DNA of 64,000 nt, from assembly GCA_965248575.1 (NCBI GenBank), contig CBDFJQ010000002.1, positions 2,080,001 to 2,144,000 of the forward strand, written 5' to 3'. The stretch is from Planctomycetota bacterium (GTDB lineage: Bacteria > Planctomycetota > B15-G4). Positions 59,999 through 64,000 of this stretch are shown one piece after another (within the stretch, counting starts at the first letter, position 1; each line of letters opens with the position of its first letter). Position numbers and translations under genes: made by a program. The notes beneath the pieces were generated by a model that had not been told where the DNA came from, did not search any database, and worked only from the letters and a program-made list of their open reading frames with translations.

Positions 59999-61993
59999 AT
60001 GCGCACCCCCTTCCGTAGCCCCTCGTCCCGGCAACCGTCGCCGCGTGCCTCCCGGCGTCGCCTCGTCAGTCCGAAAAAGCCCGCCAAAGGTCCCCTTTGT
60101 GCCCGATATTGGGGAGAGGCCGGATCCAAGATCGGTTCCAGGGCCGGCCTCAAGACCGGTGCCGTCGCGGGTCTCATGGCCGCGCTATTGGCCGCTGCCG
60201 CGTGCAGCGAACCCGAGGCTCCGGCGGCCCCCCGGCCCAACGTCGTGCTCTATCTGGTGGACACCCTGCGCCAGAGCCACCTGGGGCCCTACGGCTACGA
60301 GCGGGACACCACCCCCCGCCTGAACGCCTTTGCCAAGGACGCCGTGCGCTTCAACCGGGCCTTCGCCCCCAGCTCCTGGACCAAGTCCTCCACGGCCTCG
60401 ATCCTGACCGGCATGCACCCCCTCAACCATGGGGCCACCAGTCGCACGAGCCGAGTCTCGGAGAACGCGAAGCTGCTGCCGCAGTACCTGGAGCAACTCG
60501 GCTACTCACGGCAGGCGGTTGTCACCAACCCTTTCGTCGTGGGCCACTGGGGCTTCGACCGCGGCTACGACCAGTTCCTCGACCTCGGGGAAAAGGCGCC
60601 GGGCCCCCAGGGCTGGCAGCACGTGACCGCGGACCGGGTGCAGCTGCGCGCCTTCGACATGTTGGACAAGCGGCCAGCGGACAAGCCCTTCTTCCTGTAC
60701 CTGCACACCATCGATGTGCACGGGCCCAACAACCCCCAGCCGCCCTACGACACCTTGTTCACGGACAACCCCAAGCCCCCCGGCCAGGCCGGCCGCCTGA
60801 CGCCCGAGAAGCCCGGCCGCGCCCAGGAAGTCATCGATCTCTACGACGCAGAGATCCGCAGCATGGACGACCACCTGGGCAACTTCCTGGACGGCCTCAA
60901 GGAACGGGGCCTGTACGACAACACCATCATCTGGTTCGTGAGCGACCACGGTGAGGAGTTCCTGGACCACGGGCGCGGCGGCCATGGCACGGATCTGTTC
61001 AACGAAACCGTCATCGTGCCACTCATGCTCAAGCTCCCTGCTTCGGAGCACGCTGGCCGGGTTGTCGACACGCCCGTGTCCGTCCTGGACCTCGTGGCGA
61101 CCCAACTCCAGCTCCTGGGCGAGACACCGCCCCCCGAGGTGGAGGGCGTCAACCTGTTGGATGTCATCGATGGGGACGACGCACCGCGCCCCTTCTTCTT
61201 TGACCTCAACCTCATCTCGGGACCAGAGCAGGCGCTGCACGTCTCGAAGGGTGTGTTCTACGAGCGCTTCAAGTACATCGAGGAGTCCCTGCCAACACCG
61301 CGCACGATGCTCTTCGACCTTGAGACCGACCCGCACGAAACGCGCAACATGGTGAAACGCGCTGCCGGCAAGGCTCAGGAGCTGGCCACCTTGCTTGAGT
61401 ATCACCGGGCCGCGAAACGCTCCGGGCTCACCCTCTGTGCCGTCGGCGACAAGTCCACAAACGGCCGCAGCCTGCAGGCGCGCCTGACCACCGACGGTCG
61501 CTTCGTGAGCGCCAACCTCTCCGAGCAGGAAGCCGGCGACCGTGTCGACTTCACCCCAGGCGGGCAGGAGATGACGTTGAGCTGGGAGCTGGCACCCTAC
61601 GAGAACAACGTCATGAAAGGCGTACTCCTGCAGGACATCGACAGCCTGAACGTCCGGGTGGAACCCCCGGACGCTGTGGTGCGCATCGAGTCCCTGCACT
61701 TCGCGGGAACAGGCTCCAACGCCCACCCCGCGCAGGAATGGCCGCTGAGATTGGGGACCGCGCGCACCGAGGCTGCCGTGCCGCACGCGCTGCACGCCCA
61801 CGACGAAACCCTGCTCACCCAGGACCTGGGCCTGTTGTTCAGCGAGAGTGAGCGACTTCCCACCGCCGACCGGGCAGATCTACGTATTGCTCCGGGGCTG
61901 TATGTCGTCAGTCTGCAGGGTATGGATGCCGATCTGACTGACATCCCACCGGAGATGTTCGACCGTCTGAAGGAACTCGGCTACGTGCGCTGA
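59999..61993 (+). CDS. Sulfatase-like lipoprotein (Thr-type) with C-terminal extension; true start probably later
   Basis: AAAC lipobox, PNVVLYLVDTLRQSH, SSWTKSSTASILTG, SDHGE, LKELGY. Confidence 0.82.
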   Translation: MRTPFRSPSSRQPSPRASRRRLVSPKKPAKGPLCARYWGEAGSKIGSRAGLKTGAVAGLMAALLAAAACSEPEAPAAPRPNVVLYLVDTLRQSHLGPYGYERDTTPRLNAFAKDAVRFNRAFAPSSWTKSSTASILTGMHPLNHGATSRTSRVSENAKLLPQYLEQLGYSRQAVVTNPFVVGHWGFDRGYDQFLDLGEKAPGPQGWQHVTADRVQLRAFDMLDKRPADKPFFLYLHTIDVHGPNNPQPPYDTLFTDNPKPPGQAGRLTPEKPGRAQEVIDLYDAEIRSMDDHLGNFLDGLKERGLYDNTIIWFVSDHGEEFLDHGRGGHGTDLFNETVIVPLMLKLPASEHAGRVVDTPVSVLDLVATQLQLLGETPPPEVEGVNLLDVIDGDDAPRPFFFDLNLISGPEQALHVSKGVFYERFKYIEESLPTPRTMLFDLETDPHETRNMVKRAAGKAQELATLLEYHRAAKRSGLTLCAVGDKSTNGRSLQARLTTDGRFVSANLSEQEAGDRVDFTPGGQEMTLSWELAPYENNVMKGVLLQDIDSLNVRVEPPDAVVRIESLHFAGTGSNAHPAQEWPLRLGTARTEAAVPHALHAHDETLLTQDLGLLFSESERLPTADRADLRIAPGLYVVSLQGMDADLTDIPPEMFDRLKELGYVR

Positions 61994-62020
61994 CTCCTGC
62001 GACACGATGGGAGATGAACC

Positions 62021-63289
62021 ATGAAGACCTTCTCAACAAGTCTTGCCCTCGCCTTCAGCCTTGCCTGTGCGCCCCCTTGTCCGGCTCAGCAGGTGGAGCT
62101 CGAGGTTTCGTATGGCGACGTCCCGCAGAAAATCCTGTCCCCCGACCTGGAGCCCGGCGACATCTTTGCCGCCGCGGTCGCCGTGGACGGCGACACGATG
62201 CTGTTGGCCGCCGAGTACGACGATGACAACGGCACCGACTCCGGGTCGGTTTGGGTCTATCGCTATCACAAGAACGCCTGGGTCCCGGTCCAGAAGCTGA
62301 AGCCGATGGACGCACAGACCGGCGACAACTTCGGTCGCTCCGTCACGCTGCAAGGAAAGGTCGCCGTGGTCGGCGCCCACTGGGATGACGACAACGGAAA
62401 CCAAGCAGGGTCCGTCTACATCTTTCAGCACAACGGCAGCGAGTGGGTGCAGGTGCAGAAACTGCTGGCGCCCGACGGCGCCCCCAACGACCGCTTCGGC
62501 GCGACCCTCGCGTTGCACGGCAAGCGCTTGCTCGTGGGCTCCTGGCTGGATGACGACAAGGGTGGAGCCTCGGGCTCCGTGTACAGCTTCCATCACAATG
62601 GGAGCGCCTGGGTCTTCGACCAGAAGCTCACGGCCTCAGACGGCAGCGGTGGCGATCAGTTCGCACGCTATGTCGCCATGAGCCGGGGCGTGGCCCTGAT
62701 CGGCGCCTGGAAGGACGACGCCGCTGGCGTCGACTCGGGCTCGGCCTACATCTACCGGCACACTGGGACCCAGTGGGTCGAAGAACAGAAGCTCGTGCCC
62801 AACGACCTCGGCGCCGGCGACCTCTTCGGCTGGGCCACCCACATGGACAAGGACGTGGCCATCGTCGGCAGCTACAACGACGACGACGGGGCCCAGAACG
62901 CTGGGGCGGTCTACGTCTACCGCGACACGGGTAGCGGCTGGGTCATGGAGCAAAAGGTGCTGGCGGACGATGCCGCGGCGTTCAATCAGTTCGGCTACTC
63001 CATCGCCGTCCATGGGGACACCATGCTGCTGGGCTCCAAGATCACCCAGCCCTCGGTGAACCAGGTCGGCAAGGCCTACGTCTTCCGCCGCAGTGGCGGT
63101 GTCTGGACGCAGAGACGGCTGCTGGAACCACCGGATGGAGCGGCCTTCGACGCCTACTCCTTCCATCTGCACATGCACGCCAACACCTTCGTGGTGGGTG
63201 CGTGGCGACACGAGGCTGGCGGTGTTCAAGCCGGCGCCGCCTACGTGTGGACCGACCCGGGCCTCTCCCCCAGCCGAGCCAAGAAATAG
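62021..63289 (+). CDS. Secreted FG-GAP repeat beta-propeller protein
   Basis: Signal peptide. About seven repeats of QKL..D...D.FG......VGA..DD.....G..Y.Y. Confidence 0.88.
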   Translation: MKTFSTSLALAFSLACAPPCPAQQVELEVSYGDVPQKILSPDLEPGDIFAAAVAVDGDTMLLAAEYDDDNGTDSGSVWVYRYHKNAWVPVQKLKPMDAQTGDNFGRSVTLQGKVAVVGAHWDDDNGNQAGSVYIFQHNGSEWVQVQKLLAPDGAPNDRFGATLALHGKRLLVGSWLDDDKGGASGSVYSFHHNGSAWVFDQKLTASDGSGGDQFARYVAMSRGVALIGAWKDDAAGVDSGSAYIYRHTGTQWVEEQKLVPNDLGAGDLFGWATHMDKDVAIVGSYNDDDGAQNAGAVYVYRDTGSGWVMEQKVLADDAAAFNQFGYSIAVHGDTMLLGSKITQPSVNQVGKAYVFRRSGGVWTQRRLLEPPDGAAFDAYSFHLHMHANTFVVGAWRHEAGGVQAGAAYVWTDPGLSPSRAKK

Positions 63290-64000
63290 TGGTTCCACCG
63301 TCTGACCCTCCGCCCGGGCCCCCCCGTGGGCCCGGGAGCGCCCTCTCCCCAGCCCGCCAGAAGCTGCTCGCACGCCTGCTCGCCGCCAAGGGCGTCAAGG
63401 CCGCTGATGCGGTGCAGGGAATTCCCCGTCGAACGGACAGGACACAACCCGCGCCGCTCACCTTCGCCCAGGAGGCCCTTTGGTTCCTGGATCAGCTGGA
63501 ACCCAACACCGCACTGCACAACCAGCCCGGTGCCGTCCGGCTCTCGGGGCAACTGGACGTAGCAGCCCTGGAGCAAGCGCTCGGCGACATCTTGGGCCGA
63601 CATGAGGCCTTGCGGACCACCTTCGTCGAGCGGCAGGGCACGCCCGTCCAGGTGGTGGCCGTCGAGTCGCAGTACAGCCTGCCGCTCACCGATCTGTCTG
63701 GGCAGGAGCGGGGCGCCGCTGAAGCGGAAGCCTTGCGCCTGGCGACCGAGGCCGCGGGCGCACCCTTTGATCTCGAACAGGGCCCGCTGCACCGCATCCT
63801 GCTGATCCGCATCGCGAGTGACGAGCACGTGCTCGTCCTCACCTTCCACCACATCGTCACGGACGGGTGGTCGATGAGCGTGTTCACGAAGGAGTTCGAC
63901 GCCCTGTATCGGGCTGCCCTCAACGGCACGACCTCCGGGCTCCCGGAGTTGCCGATCCAGATGGCCGACTTCGCCGTCTGGCAGCGCAAGAACATGCAAG
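63289..64000 (+). CDS. NRPS, 3'-partial, beginning with an LCL condensation domain (absent from the ORF track)
   Basis: Manual translation from GTG 63289 gives ...LSPARQKLLARLL...APLTFAQEALWFLDQLEP...RHEALRTTF...TFHHIVTDGWS...LPIQMADFAVWQR, with no stop before the window end. Confidence 0.9.
   Translation, partial: MVPPSDPPPGPPRGPGSALSPARQKLLARLLAAKGVKAADAVQGIPRRTDRTQPAPLTFAQEALWFLDQLEPNTALHNQPGAVRLSGQLDVAALEQALGDILGRHEALRTTFVERQGTPVQVVAVESQYSLPLTDLSGQERGAAEAEALRLATEAAGAPFDLEQGPLHRILLIRIASDEHVLVLTFHHIVTDGWSMSVFTKEFDALYRAALNGTTSGLPELPIQMADFAVWQRKNMQ

Noticed and set aside
62100..63250. CRISPR-like or DNA-level tandem repeats
   Set aside because: The periodicity is protein-level FG-GAP repetition with degenerate DNA sequence. 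No spacer/repeat structure.

Overview
High-GC bacterial DNA, most likely Planctomycetota (inferred from the ECF sigma/Ser-Thr kinase pair, several sulfatases, ASPIC/UnbV and FG-GAP proteins). No rRNA, tRNA, CRISPR array or transposase was seen. The left half (1-28.7 kb) holds accessory genes: PP2C phosphatase, TlpA, M28 peptidase, two Thr-type sulfatase-like proteins, an orphan ScoE-like Fe/2OG oxygenase, a CRTAC1-like lipoprotein, DUF885, two paralogous thioredoxin-like/helical-repeat proteins, a COG0523 GTPase, an operon of two atypical kinase-like genes plus two sulfotransferases, and an ECF/STK/sulfatase block. The right half (28.8 kb to beyond the window end) is a hybrid NRPS-PKS cluster spread over both strands. 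It has a starter A-MT-T module, an SHMT-like enzyme, an MppJ-like keto-acid C-methyltransferase, an interface(I)-A-T-E module, a KS-AT-KR-ACP module fused to an NRPS epimerization domain, two stand-alone DCL-A-T modules, two sulfotransferases, a hydrolase/pseudo-hydrolase pair, a type II TE, a PvdE/SyrD-type exporter and a further NRPS that runs off the window. Domain and substrate calls come from motifs read by eye and need HMM/phylogenetic confirmation.
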